This document shows positions 39,130 through 53,005 of a DNA stretch of 64,000 bases, piece by piece. The notes under the pieces were generated by a model. It had not been told where the DNA came from, did no database searches, and saw only the letters and a program-made list of their open reading frames with translations. Numbering within the stretch: the first letter of the stretch is position 1; each line of letters opens with the position of its first letter. The stretch is taken from NCBI GenBank assembly GCA_951406725.2, contig OX597815.1, positions 156,612,001-156,676,000 of the forward strand. Direction: 5' to 3'. Made by a program: the position numbers and the translations under genes. This DNA comes from Octopus vulgaris. Taxonomy: Eukaryota.

Positions 39130-41900
39130 GTTTCTAACTCCTATAATTTCTGTTGTACCTTCTTCATCTTTCTCATAATTTGTTAGCCATTTTAGCTATG
39201 CTTCGAATGTGTTGACTTTCTTGAAGACAGTTTTTGTGTGTTTTATTCTTGTCTTGTAGCTATTTGAATTAATTTCCCATGGTTCTCTATAGCATATTTT
39301 TATAGTTCTGCAGTGGATATTTTATGATAGTTTTCTATTTGCCAAAAAGTTCTACTTCCTCGAAATGGTAATCTTCCTGGATCTGAACTTGTGATGTATT
39401 GTTAACAGTGAAACGTTGCTTATTTTTCAGTCTAGTCCGCCAGTTCAGTTAGTATCCAGTTGAAAATAAACTCATTACTAAGACATCTATTGTAATGATG
39501 CCTATTATCTTACTTCGTACACATAGCTCGGTTTTACGTAATAATCTAATTTATCTATAATATTCTTTACTAATCTTTTCTTTCATTTGTTTGTGTTGTA
39601 ACCTGTCCTGTTCTTTGAATCCTAAGTATCTCTGTTTGTTTCTTTGTTGTTATTCTTTTATTTCTATTTTTGCATCAAGCATGATATTTGTGTTCTTAAT
39701 TAATGATAATCCCATCAAAGGTGTATTTTTCTAATCAATCTATGTCCTGTCGGTATCAGACTTTTAACTGCAGCATAATGCCTGGTGTCATCCTTATACA
39801 AAAGATGGCTGATTGTCCTCCCATACCATTTATATACGAGTTCAGTCATGTTTAACATATCGATTAGACCGCTTGAGATAGGAAGTGAAGGGAAGGGTTC
39901 TCTCAGAATATTTGCCTTCTAATGTGGATGCTGTTTAGTTCTGATTAATATGACTTTTGTTCCAATCTGTTACATTTTTTTTGCCATTTCTTTACCATTG
40001 CATGTTTAATGACTCGGTTTATTACTGGCGTCAAGAATAGTTAAAGTTTCCAGAATACACGCGCAATGAACACTGCCCAAAGTCTTCTGGTAACAATCCA
40101 TGCTATTCTGAGAGCTTTATTTCTTCTCATCCAACTTTATATTCTGACTTTATTGACTAGTGGCAATATCTATAGCGACATGAACCTGTACAGTATTCCT
40201 TCAGTTTTTCTAAAAACAGGTTGGTTTTCTTTTGTTCTTTGCTCAGATATTTATTTATTCCGTAATAATACTGCAAACTCGGTTTTGTAGACTGAGATGG
40301 CAGGTTAGAGTCTTGTAGTTTTCAGGGTTTGCTGTTCCTTCAGTTTTGGTGGTTAACAAAGTTTTCCATACAGTGCTCTTACTTGACTCACTCTATTATG
40401 TTGTTGTTTGCTCCGTAATCTATATACCTTTGTAGAACCTTATGTGTCTCTGTCAGGTATTTTGACAAAACGTTTGTGATCTCATCTGAACTGTTCCTTG
40501 AGCCTCTATAGTCTCCCAAGATTGTTCATGTGCTGTGTTCGTTGCTTTCTACAAACGCATTTTAGGGAACTAATCAACTACCTATACTCTTTTCTATAAT
40601 TTTCTATATTTCTTCTTGTGGCTGCATTAAGTTCTATTTTAGTTTTCCTATTCGGTGATAGAATTATTTTGAGTTAGAATCTAATGATGCTTTTTTTTTT
40701 GCTCAAAATATCGCGGTCGCTTTTCATACCAACAGATTCTTTGCGATCAAGTGACGTTCGAAAGTTTCAGGAGTCCTTTGGTTTTGATGACTACAATAAT
40801 GTAACAACCTGACAGAAGGTATTTGTTTATCCTTTAGGTTTTCAGTAGTTATTAGGTTATTGATTCCATTGAAGGATTGTGAGATATTTTCCCTTATTTC
40901 CCATCTTCTTCAGTACATTATTTCTCCATGCCTTTTGCTTGCATTTTTAAATTTCTGTAAATGTAGATCTGAGAAAATATTCATTTCCATTTATACATAA
41001 AATGGTTGTTGTGTAGATTATTTCGTTTAACTTTGGCACAATGTTGTTCATGTCATTTTTCGTTTTTCGAAAGCATAAAACTGCTAGTTTGGGGCTTTTT
41101 ATTTGTTATCGTCGAATTTTATCTATAGGACTCATTTTCGTTGCTCCATAAAAATTATTTGTTTTTATTTTTAATTCTTTACTTCCACCTTTGGAAAGTT
41201 AAGTCCACGATATCCCCCTTTGGGAGTTTTTATTTTTATTTTTATCCCATAATTCTTTTTATTTGCATTGTTTTAGCTTGGGTTTTGATGGTCAAAGTTC
41301 TGTAGGGATAGCAGAATGTGTTTTATTATGCTGAGTTTCGTTTTATTCCAGATTGTTACGTAAATATTTGAAATCTCCGAACAAAATATCTTTATTTTTG
41401 TTATTTGTTTTGTGTTCATCGCATGCGTTTTCGTTGTGTACTGTTTCTTTCAAATGTTATATTTCCATTTCGTATACATTGAAGGTCTTGTGAATGCATT
41501 ATTTTAAGTTAGCTGATCGGATGGGTTCCATCGTTATGTTAAAATCCGGGTTATTTTCTCTCCATTTTGTTATACATATACATTGTTGTAGTTTCATTTA
41601 TGAGTATTACTATAAAATATACGCGTGGAGAAAAAACATATTCATCTTGTTCCCTTGCGGGACTTCTGTCGATAAATAATATAACAGTCTTGGATAATAG
41701 ACTTGTACAGACCATTGTTAAAGCGTCAGACTGTTTGTTTTGTTTTGTAGTGTTAGTTCCGGATATTTGCATTTTTATATCATATCCTGCCATGGTTTCC
41801 TTGACTAGTGGACTTAATCTGTCGCTCAGTTTAATACCACCACAGATTCTTTGAGAGTGATTAGCGGAATTTAATTTGTTTTAAGTATTCCGGTCACTCT
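39130..41900 (-). pseudogene. Highly decayed R4/Dong-like LINE
   Basis: Minus-strand remnants TISHLLYKDD (about 39790-39820) and an AWID/KAFDSV-like segment (about 40070-40120); boundaries approximate. Confidence 0.55.
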
Positions 41901-42214
41901 TCTTACTACAATATGGAGCCCTCATCACCATCATCATCATCGCCACCAAACGGCCTTGAATTGGTCGAGTATCGATTTATTTGCTTCTATTCCAATCTCC
42001 TTCAAACAAACTCACATCAAAATCGCTGATCTTGTGTCTAAATTAACAAAGAAATGTTAGTTGCATTCTTATTTCAACTTCTTCTGTGGGGGGAGTGGAC
42101 CTTACTTTATCGATCTCAAAAGAATGAAAGGTAAAATACCAGTGAAATATTGGAGTAGATAGTATCGACTAAGAGACTACTCTCAAAAACTGCTGGGTTT
42201 GTGACTAAAAGAGG

Positions 42215-42372
42215 CGGCAAGGTGGCAGAATCGTTAGAACGTCAGCGAAAATGCTTTGTGGCATTTCTTCCAGCTCTTTACATTCTAAGATCAAATCCTC
42301 GTGGAGGTCAGTTTTGACTTTTCATCTTTTCCGTGTCAGTAAAATAAAGAACTGTTTTCGCACTGGGGTCGA
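42215..42372 (+). mobile_element. SINE family B-related copy
   Basis: GGCGGCAAGGTGGCAGAATCGTTAG head and CACTGGGGTCGATG. Confidence 0.7.
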
Positions 42373-42649
42373 TGGCTTTGTACCTAAATTAGAGAGATTA
42401 TTATTTTTAGTGTTTTTTGATTTAACTCAGGTTCGGTCTTATTTGTGACAAGATTTATGTGGGTAGTGGGTTACTACTTGTAAATTAAGTATCCCTAGCT
42501 TTTAATAGGCTTTCAAGTGCTTAGAATCTTCCTGATAAACTTTCCTACCTCTAAGAGGCAAACTTTCTGTAGAAGCTCTACAGGACATTCTAATCCAATC
42601 TCCTTCAACCATTTGTTTATATCTTTATTATCATTAATATTATTATGTA

Positions 42650-45135
42650 TTGTCTTTGCACAGCTTCTAACGCTGGAGACGTACAACGGTGCCAGCTGTT
42701 CACTACCAGTGAACTAAATTAACACCCCTTATTTTTCGAGCACCATCCAGAGTATCAGAGCGGTTCCAAGCAGTGGTTTTCTGCAAATGCTCCACCCTTA
42801 TTGCAGCCCTTATTTCTACCATGTACTTCTCAAGGTTTTTACTCACTGTTCCCAGGACTCCGACAATTATTGGTACTACTACCACCTTTTTCAGCGACCA
42901 CAGTTGCTTAACCTCCCAAGCTAACATGTCATATCTATCGACTTTTCTTTCTTCCTTATCGCTTACCTTGTTGTCAGCTGGGCATGCTATATCTATGATC
43001 CAGCATCGTTTGCTTTCTTTCTCAATTAACACTATGTCTGGCTTTCTATTCTCTATCCCATGTTTGCATTGAATCATAAAATCCCATAGGATCTTTGCAT
43101 TATCATTTTCGATGGTGCCAACTTTTTTTCTCTGTCAAGTCCATACTTGTGGCAAAGTGTCCAAAGGACAATCCTCGCTATATTGTCAAGACGTCTCTTA
43201 AAAGTTTTGTGGGCTTGGGGTGTACATTGACTGGTAATATGCCCTAAGGTTTCACCATTTTCTTCACAAGTTCTATACTTATTACTGTCCGATGTGTTGT
43301 CTATTCTATATTTGATGTAATTCATTCTTAGTGCTTGTTCTTGGGCAGCACAGATTAGAGCCTCCGTTTTTGGTTTTAAATAACTTTTAGTCATCCATAG
43401 CCATCTTTTTTCTCTGTCCGTCTTATCTTCAACATCCCTATCAAATTTTCCATGCATTCTTTTCTTTATCCACCTATTTTCAGTTTCATTGCTTCTCTAG
43501 TGCTTGTACAATGCTTTATTTTTGCACTCTTCCATCTCACATAAGCCTGAACTTCTTACTTCCAAAGATAGTGGTTCTGTGGCATTTTTTACATACCATG
43601 TTTTCTTCTGCTCTAATGCTGTGTTTGCATCCAATCAGTCCTTATCCTCCTCTTCTTTAGGTACATACAGTCTGTCTGTCACTTTTTTGGTGGAGTATCC
43701 CATATCTAGTCAGCGACTTCTTTGTCTTTTTGCCTAAGCAGTTTAGTTTGTTTACTGTCCATGCGATCACCCCTGCTCTATATCTAAGGAGTGAAACAGC
43801 CCAGGTGTTGATAGCTTCAATCTTATTCCGCCCGTTTAATTTCGACTTAAGTATCAGTCTCAGGCCGCACAAGTACTCCACCTTAATTTTTTTCTGTCAT
43901 TTCTTTCTCCATCAATTTATCCATTTCCAATAACTTCAAATTCTTATAGCCCATCTCTTCTATCTGCTTCAGAACCTCCCCCGATAGTATCTCTAGCCCA
44001 TCCACACATTTGATTTTGCCACTCGTCAAGACTAGCACACCACGCTTTTTCAGTTCGAATTCCATTCTGACATCAACACTGAAAGTATACACCGCATCAA
44101 CGAGGCTACTGACTTGGGATTCATCTTTACTATAAAGTTTGAGGTCATCCATGAATAACAAGTGGCTGATTTTTGTTGGCGGTTCTTGAATACATACTCA
44201 GCCTTTGCTTTCCTCAGAATCAGTGTTAGTGGTATCATGCACAGAACAAAGATCAGTGGGGACAGGCAGTCCCCTTGGAAGATGCCTCTCCTGATTTCTA
44301 TTGTCCCTAAACTTCTTCCATATGCTGTCAGTTCCGTCCTCCACTTCGCCATACTTTTTCCAAGCAATCGCTCAACATTCGATGCAATAACAAATAGGTT
44401 CATACATTCCATAATCCAAGAATGTGGGATCATATCGTTACGCCTTACGATCCATGACATGGCTTAGTTAGTTTTCCTCCTCTTGCAGTCTATAAGTACA
44501 GTTCTGTCTACCAGGAGTTGATACTTGGTACCTCTGCACTTACGCTTGCAACCCTTCTGCTCATGTGGCAGGACTCCATTTTTTCCCATATCTCCGTACA
44601 TTTACTCTGCGACTATTCTAGTCAATAATTTCCATATAAGTGGCAAGCAGGATGTCGGCGTTTAATTGTTTACCGTATTGCCTTTTTTGATGTTCTTCAA
44701 GCACAGCAGTGTCCTACCTACTGTTAACCACTCTGGCGTTTCTTGGTTGGCATTAAACAAGGTGTTGAGTTGTGCAGCTTTTCGTGCATGACATTCACCA
44801 AATCTTTTGATCCAGTAGCCTTGAATTCTATCTGGTCCCAGGGCTTTTCTGTTGCCTATTTTTTGCTGATTTCCTTCACTTCCCTAACTGAAATGACTAG
44901 TTCTACCTGTTTTGAACAGACTCCTGTTTGTTTCAGTTCTTGTAACCATTCAGCATCCTTCTTGTGCTCTTTGTCTTTGCACCAGATGTCACACCAAAAC
45001 CTTCGTCTTTCAATGGTATCTGGTTTCAACTTTTCATCCGTAAACTCTTCATTTATTTCTTTGTTGAATCTCTTCTCATCTAGTCTGAATAACCTATTGT
45101 GCTGGTATCCTGGTATCCTGGTATCCCTTCATCTT
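42650..45135 (-). pseudogene. R4/Dong-like LINE, degenerate RT plus RLE
   Basis: IPHSWI, RRGIFQGDCLSPLIF, LFMDDLKLY, TEALICAAQEQAL and RKPDIVLI..IIDIACP, with many frameshifts. Confidence 0.9.
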
Positions 45136-45179
45136 TTGGTCGTGTCTTACCAGCTTTGCTTCCTTTGCAACGAGGCGCT

Positions 45180-46308
45180 GTTTTAGTTCCTCCATTACCA
45201 CTTTCAATGGTTTCATTTTGTTGTTTGCATGTTGAGCTACTGCCGTTCTTAAATATGTTGACCTGGTAACTCCTTGTTGGTAGGCATTGATCTTGGGCTG
45301 CGATGATAAAACCTTCCGTTTCTGAGTTTGAGCCAGAAGACACTAACCATTAATGGGTAAGGGCTTTGTCGACATCGGCATTATTAGCTCCCTTTGAGTA
45401 TTTGCCATTGAGAGCTTTTTCTTACCATTTATCAGTAAGAATATCTATAGCAGCAGTTTTAGCACGGGTTTTCATACGCTTGGCTTTTTCGTGCATGTTT
45501 CCAGTAGTCTAATTCTAGAATTTGTTGTATTTGGAATTCACTTAGATATTCCTTTGCCTGTTTTATGTATAATGTTTTCTTGTGTTCATGCTTTAAGACA
45601 AGTTTTAACATCCAGTTGTCAGAGTTTTTGAGGTAGAGGTTTAGGCCAAGTGTGGAAATCTCCATTGTTAAATCCAGTTGTAAAAGTCCACGGCCACCCG
45701 GCAGGTAAAGTCGTTCTATATCTGCCTTAGGGTGGTGCTTTCTATGCATTGTCAAGAACTTTCGCATTTTTCTGTCAAGATTACATAGTTCAGTAATTGA
45801 TCAGTTAATGATATTGAAACCGTAAGTCACGACCGCTGTGGCTAATGTATTGATCGCTTAAATCCTGTTTCTTGGATTCAGCTTTGTCTTGAATATTGCT
45901 CTTACCCTTCGATAATATTCTTTTCTGATCCTTTCCCACATCACTGAATCTTTGATTCCATCACCTTCAAATACCCCTAGGTATTTGTAGATCTCCGCTA
46001 TGACATTTTGCTCCGATATGACATTCTGCTGGTCAAGATTAACGTTGGACGTTTCTATCATTTCTCCTTTGATAAAGTAACTTTTGCATATTTATCAAGG
46101 CCAGATTACATCCTGATACCATCACTGAATTACTTAACAATTGCTAGTAAGCCCTGTAGTTGTTGGCCATTTTTTGCAAAGAACTTTAAATCATCCATGT
46201 AAAAGAGATGATTTATATTTTTATCAAACATTTTATAGCCATAATGTTCAGCATCGAGCAATTTCGAGAGAGGTATTAAGGCTAGACGAAAGAGGATTGG
46301 TGATAGAA
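45180..46308 (-). pseudogene. Second R4/Dong-like LINE fragment, related to 15651-17457
   Basis: LSPILFRLALIPL, HLFYMDDLKFF, HHPKADIERLYLP and ETEGFIIAAQDQCL. Confidence 0.88.
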
Positions 46309-46898
46309 AGTCACAAGGCGCAAATTCTGAACAGTAGAGATGCTCGTCCCTGAGACCCCTGAGAACAAGCCTCGTACAACCTTTGTGCATATTCAGATCT
46401 TCATGAATAATTTTGTGTACAGTTGCCACATCAACTCCAAAATTGTATGCATACTGTCTTTAAAAGTACCCGACGGTCTTCATCTAGAAAATTGTAAATT
46501 TTCTAAACCAGCTCTGATGTTTTAACGTCCCCCTTCTTTCCACAATTCCCAACGTCACTCCCTACCTTCCCACCGTCCTTGAAACTCTTGTGCCAGCGGA
46601 AATTTTAATTCATAAACGGCCTAGAGCATTTCATAAGTTTTTGTATTGTTTTTGCCCAATTTCACACGATACGAGCTTCCAAACGTCCCAACGGCATTCT
46701 GCAAACTAGTCAGCTGAGACAAACAGTATTGAAGATTCTGTTACAACCATCTCCTTCAATCTGGAATAACAAAAATTAGAAGGCCAGCCCATCAGATGTA
46801 TAGTAGCAACGCACTGAAATTGCAATAATCTAGACCAGTCATAACTGGCTCTCCTAAAATGGCCTCAAATGGTCTCAAAGCTTCTGTAATGCACCCTG
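46309..46898 (-). mobile_element. Mariner 5' portion, internally deleted
   Basis: TA-CAGGGTGC TIR-like end at 46898; KLGKNNTKTYEML, RWHKSFKDG, VHKIIHEDLNMHK and FAPCDF. Confidence 0.75.
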
Positions 46899-48689
46899 TA
46901 TAGGAAGAAAATATTAGGAGTCTCAAACAACCAAACTATAACCATAAATATAAATTATGTTTTTGCATTTTCCATATTTTGTTTTTTCTGTCCGTCTGAG
47001 TAGTAGGAGTTAAAATCGCTGAGTAGAGGGAAATAAACGATATACTAACTTTGATTTGATTTCACAAATGTCAATAACCAGATAACTCTAAAAGCCCAGA
47101 TTAACGTCTTTATATGGATAGTAAAAACGTCGGCTTTTCTCTATTGGTGTGCAATTGTAGTAAGCGACGGTGTTGATAATAATGATGATAATGATCATAA
47201 TAGCGAATACAGTGATTTTACTGATGATCATGATGTTGATGTTGTTAGTTTTAACGATAGTAGTTGTAGTGGTGATGTTGGTAGCAATATTATGTTATCT
47301 TCATAGAATCTCAGTTAAAGTTGTTTACGCGTGGATTGCACTACATACACGAAACAAAACACAAATGATGGTTGTTATTAGAGATAACGAGATACAAAAG
47401 GAAAAAAAGCAATTCTTCATCTTCTTTATCTTCACTTTTGTCTTCTACTCTCTATTTCTCCATTTCCTTCTCCACCGATATTTCATCCATTCTTTTTTCT
47501 GCCATCTACTTCACTGCTTTCATGTTCGTCTCTTTATATTTTTCATCACATTATGTATTATACACACCAGAACCTGAGGTAAAATACCTTCCTAGATTTT
47601 GTTAAGTCCATTTACTTTCTAGCTTATAAATCACATCTCAGTGAACATTGTATTTTCGATTTCCGGTTGAAGGTAATTAATTTCCAGTTCGCTGGAAATG
47701 CCCTGTAAAAAGGATGAACATTACCACAGAATCTCAGTCCCTCTTCAATAAATATGTAGCCATATTTTTCATTGCATTGTAAAGTTCGTGGACATTAAAT
47801 CCAATAATCCTAACTCTCTGAAATTTGGAAAAATTTCAAAAAATTTTGAACCTCCATCTATTTTAGTTGGGTGTTACCTTAAGAAAAATAAGTAAATTTG
47901 TAATTCAAACACATTTTCTTTCTCTCGAATTTGAAAACTGATGTTTAAAGAATTGACTTCAATTTACAAAACAAAAGATTCAATGTCTATTCGATTATTT
48001 TTAGTCATAAATGTATAAAGGTTTATATTAACGACGAGTATTTGTCAATTATTACCAATAAATCGTTTCAGAAGTAATGAGTTGGGTTTTCTCTTTATCT
48101 AAGGATATTACCAATATCATTTTATACTGAGTAAACTCATAAGGAAACCGGACTGTAATTTACAGCTGAGTCAATAAAGATGTGATAGTTCATATTAAGT
48201 TCTACATAATTGTTTCATAGACGTGAAAATAAAAGTATATCTGTGAAAAAGGATAAAGCTCAGTATGTGGTCGATATTATGAACAAGAGCTTCCCAACAG
48301 CTGCCAATCTTCAAAGATACGCATAAAACTCTGGAATTACATCACTAAACCCTGGTCAATATGTTACAATAAAATATTACTTCGTTTCTTATGTGTTGTC
48401 CACTGCTTTCCACTAATAAACCAGAATCAGCTTTAATCGTCAGCGACGAATTAAATCTTGATTGGCATTGATTTAATCGGCACCACCTAGCGTTCTCTCT
48501 TCCTTTCATACTGCATGTGTATGTGAACGTATGTCTTTAAATATAAATTATCCCATTGTTATGCACTTTTAAGATATTCTTATACTTGCTTAAGTTATTG
48601 TCTGCGGTCATGCAGGAGTATAGCCATGAAGGATTTAGTCGATCAATAAACCCTGCTCCAGTACTTCTTTTATAAGTCTGGTACTTACT

Positions 48690-48742
<53 letters not shown>

Positions 48743-49417
48743 ACTTTCTCTCTCTCCCCTCCTCTCTCTCTCTATATATATATGTTTGTGTGTGTGTATA
48801 TATATTTATATGTATATATATATGTATATGTATATGTCTCTATGTGTGTATGTGTGTGTATGCACACACACACATACACAGATATATATATTTATATATA
48901 TTATTGATAACACCTAGGAATAGGTGTTTCTTGTCTACTCACCAAAGAGGACATAACTATGACCAGGAGGAAGGGATATCATCGGACAGGAACATCGGCC
49001 GTTTCATCCCTGAACCCTAACATCATCTCGCTGTGTCAGCAGAGATGGCTGAATCATTGCTCATAATCTCCAGTTAGCTTCTAGTTTAAGTCTTCCCTCT
49101 TGCTGCATAACCAATTAGAGGCTCTTCCCGATACCGGTTCCATCCTCTTTCCTCTCGTTCCAGTGACAATAAGCAGCCTCCATACCTACTGACCAGGAAG
49201 TCCCCTACGGTCATCCTCGAGTTCGAAAAGCCCATATATATATATATATATATATACGTAGCTGAGAAATGATTAGTAAGTATTAAATAAATGAAATTAA
49301 AATTCTTTTATATGGTGGGATGACGAGGACTACTATCTCTAAATAACATATATTTCCTCATTGAGAATAATTTGAACCCCTGTGATGCCGGAATTTTTAT
49401 TCCCTAATAAATAAAAT

Positions 49418-49467
<50 letters not shown>

Positions 49468-49474
49468 CATACAC

Positions 49475-49547
<73 letters not shown>

Positions 49548-49576
49548 CATATACACATATATATATATATGTATAC

Positions 49577-49629
<53 letters not shown>

Positions 49630-49640
49630 CATATACATAC

Positions 49641-49721
<81 letters not shown>

Positions 49722-49749
49722 TACATATATATTTATATATCCTCACACA

Positions 49750-49890
49750 ATTTCCCTCTACTAAATTTACTCAAAAGGCTTTAATCGGTCCCAGGTTATA
49801 CTACAAGTCATTTGCTCGAGATGTCACGCAGGGTACTGATTCCGGAAACAATGACGTTGGAAGCAAGCCTCTTTTCATACACGGCAGATT
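49750..49890 (-). mobile_element. Old SINE family A 5' half
   Basis: Diverged match (TCTACTAAATTTACTCAAAAGGCTTT...). Confidence 0.6.
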
Positions 49891-50004
49891 TTACTCATCT
49901 CCGTCAACCAGTTTCACCCACAACCTTACGAGGAATTTGTCGGCTTATGTTTCTGCTAGAAGTCACTTACCCAAGATGTTGCGCTGTAGAGTTGAACCCG
50001 AATC

Positions 50005-50057
<53 letters not shown>

Positions 50058-50379
50058 CTATCTATCCATCTATCTATCTATCTATCTATCTATCTGTTTG
50101 TCTGTCTGTTTCTCTTTCCGTGTCTTACATGGAATCGAATCAAGAAAATACAATGCACGTATTTGGCTTAGCATAAATATTATATTATATCAATATCAAT
50201 ATCAGTCAAGTAGATTTAGTTCTCTAATTACCTTCCCGCAAAAATGTTGGCCGCGTGCCCTACTTCATATATACATAATGAATTCTATGCAGGAGGTTAT
50301 ATTTTATTGTACTTTAACATGGACTTATTTCTATATAACATAACTGATCTTGATTATTGGTCATTGAAAACTTATTGTC

Positions 50380-50822
50380 TCTAACGCCGACGTGAGCACT
50401 ACCTGATTTGCACTACGTGGAGAACATAGCATCATCATTGCTCAAACGACCTTTACATCAAATTCAGAATGCATTCAGAAAGGATGGAGCCACATGTCAT
50501 ACACTATTCATTCACTCAACACATAAATACACTGCAACATAATCTTCCCTAACAGGTCCTGCTCTATTTAACATTACCCCAGAATAAATCAAAGAAGGAA
50601 AATATTTCACTATCTTCAAACGATATCTGGACAGGTTTCTTCAAGATACACCAGACAACCCACTTATATCAGCATAAATTTCAGTCAACAACTCCCTACT
50701 AGAATGGGCCATGATGTCACAAAACTTGACTTAAAAATTACAACTGAGTCTGTCAGATTATGCTATTAAGTTAGATATGACCGGAACCAATTTTTGGCCG
50801 AAACATATTCAAGTTTATCCAA
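50380..50822 (+). mobile_element. CR1/L2-group LINE 3' end
   Basis: Homologous to 12779-13300, including CCAATTTTTGGCCGAAACATAT..AAGTTTATC. Confidence 0.75.
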
Positions 50823-50907
50823 CATAGTATCTCCGACTAAAGCTTATTCTGACGAAACGTGTTTAGCTGATAGTTGCTGTGCCAAACGAATAACAATTTA
50901 TTATATA

Positions 50908-51287
50908 CCAGCAGCATCGCCCGACGTTGCTCGGGTTTGCTTCGACCCTTTTGTAATTTTTGAAAAGTAAACATTTTGCATTATGTAGCTTGTTATTGTC
51001 TTTAAGTGAACATTTTTCTGGTTGAAATACACCGAAAAATGGCGACACAGCAGTCAAAAAATCGTAAAAAATAGGGATTTTCATAGAAAAAAATGCACCT
51101 TTTTGATGTAAATAATGTTTGGTGTTAACATGGTCCGATTTGAATTTTTTCTTCTACGGAAGCCTTTTTCTATCATACTCTCAATTTTGGTCAACTTGCA
51201 CCGCAGGGTCTCGGAGGAGATAGTGTTAGTTGAAGGCTACCAAACCTGCCATATACGGACAACTTCAGATTTATATATAGAGAGAGA
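50908..51287 (-). mobile_element. Non-autonomous Helitron
   Basis: Minus strand starts TCTC..TATATATAAATCTGAAG and ends with hairpin CCCGAGCAACGTCGGG then CTGG-T; termini resemble 27547-28051. Confidence 0.72.
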
Positions 51288-52201
51288 TTTCGTTTTCCTA
51301 TGGAACCTTTTGTCGTACTTAATTTTTGTCGAAACTCTGAACAGTATGCATGAGGTAATCGGCGGTATTAACACATGTTTTCAGGTGATCTATACTTTTC
51401 TGTGAATACTATATATACAATACTATTCATCGTATATTAACATGGTGGTTCATTTCAAATCATAATGAACATTTTCGCAGTAATCAACACCGACCAAGAT
51501 ATTAAGCTGCCATAAATCATATAATCCATATAAATATATGAAATAATACGTATAGATTAACGAATAAAAAACAATAGGTACCGAAACCTTTTCGAATCAT
51601 TTATTCTTTAAGCTTTTATATTTTCTTATGGCAACCCGAGTACTATCGTGTATATATGTTTAATGTTTGTGTTATCACTACGTCAGCAAATACAGTAATG
51701 AATATATTTGAATAATGAAGTTAAAATAAAAGAGAAAGCTCTTTTCTCCCTCACTGCCTAACTACATTCCTAGCGGTAAATAGGTTACAATTCACATTCC
51801 ATAGTAAACTTTATCTTCACAAACAACGCACAGTGCACAATAACTGAATTAGCTCTTCTGAGAATTACAAGGAGAAGAATGATAAACTAATAAAAAAAGA
51901 AACTACTTTGATAATTAACACACATAGAAGAAACTGCATGACAGTTTTTCCAACAGTGTAGACGATTCAAGTTTATTGCTTGGTTGCGCTGAAGTTTTCC
52001 TTGGGCTTTTGTGAATAAAGCTATGAATGGGTCGGCTTAAACAAGAGGATTGGACTTGTGGCTTTCTAAATAAAACGTAGTGGCCAAAGGGACCCATCTG
52101 AAAAGTTTACTTTAAATTAAATAACGTTCTTAGACTCATTTGATTCCTTATTATGTTTGACACCAAAATGTATATTTTGCTTGTTATTAAGATAGATAGA
52201 C

Positions 52202-52252
<51 letters not shown>

Positions 52253-52253
52253 C

Positions 52254-52373
<120 letters not shown>

Positions 52374-52522
52374 TGTTTCTTTATTAGCCACACAGGGCTA
52401 CACACAGACGGGACAGATTACAAAGTAGAGCTTTTCTTTATGGGGAGAAAAGAAGAAAAAGGTGGGGTAGGTTTTAGCGTAAAAGGGACAGAAAAAAAGA
52501 AAGAAAAGAAAAAAAGGAAAAA

Positions 52523-52556
<34 letters not shown>

Positions 52557-52799
52557 TGTATGGTCGTACCTATCATATAGACCTTCACTTTTAGCTACGA
52601 TATTCAAATCATCACTCTCTACATTCGAAGAAACAATAAGTGCTTTAGCAGAAATAAAGAGACATTGGACTTTAGTATATGTGCAGATATGTTTTATATT
52701 TTCAATTATTAAACAATCTTATAAATAAAACCACTTTAGTGGTAATAATATGAATACACTCTTCATAATTAATTATTTTCTACCGTCAATATTTCTTTC

Positions 52800-53005
52800 T
52801 AATTTAGGTAAAGGACGGCAATTTTGAGGGTTAACAGGAAAGCGATTACGTCGACCCCTGTACTTGATTTGTACTTTATTTCATCGACCCCAAAGGGACA
52901 AAAAGTAAAGTTGACTCCGGCACGATTTGAACTCGGTATGGCAAGAGTAGGGAGACTGAGAGCAATTTGTTTGACGTATTGACAATTCTACCAGCTTGCC
53001 ACTTC
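52800..53005 (-). mobile_element. Diverged SINE family B-related copy
   Basis: TCGACCCC...AAAGTTGACTCCGGCACGATTTGAACTC...TTCTACCAGCTTGCC. Confidence 0.7.

Noticed and set aside
49339-49784. Many ORFs rich in YI, HT, CV, YVCM or LS repeats here and throughout the window
   Set aside because: They are translations of (TA)n, (CA)n, (TATG)n, (TCTA)n and (TC)n microsatellites, not genes.
50840-50870. CTGACGAAACGTGTT
   Set aside because: Stem II is absent, so the fold cannot form.
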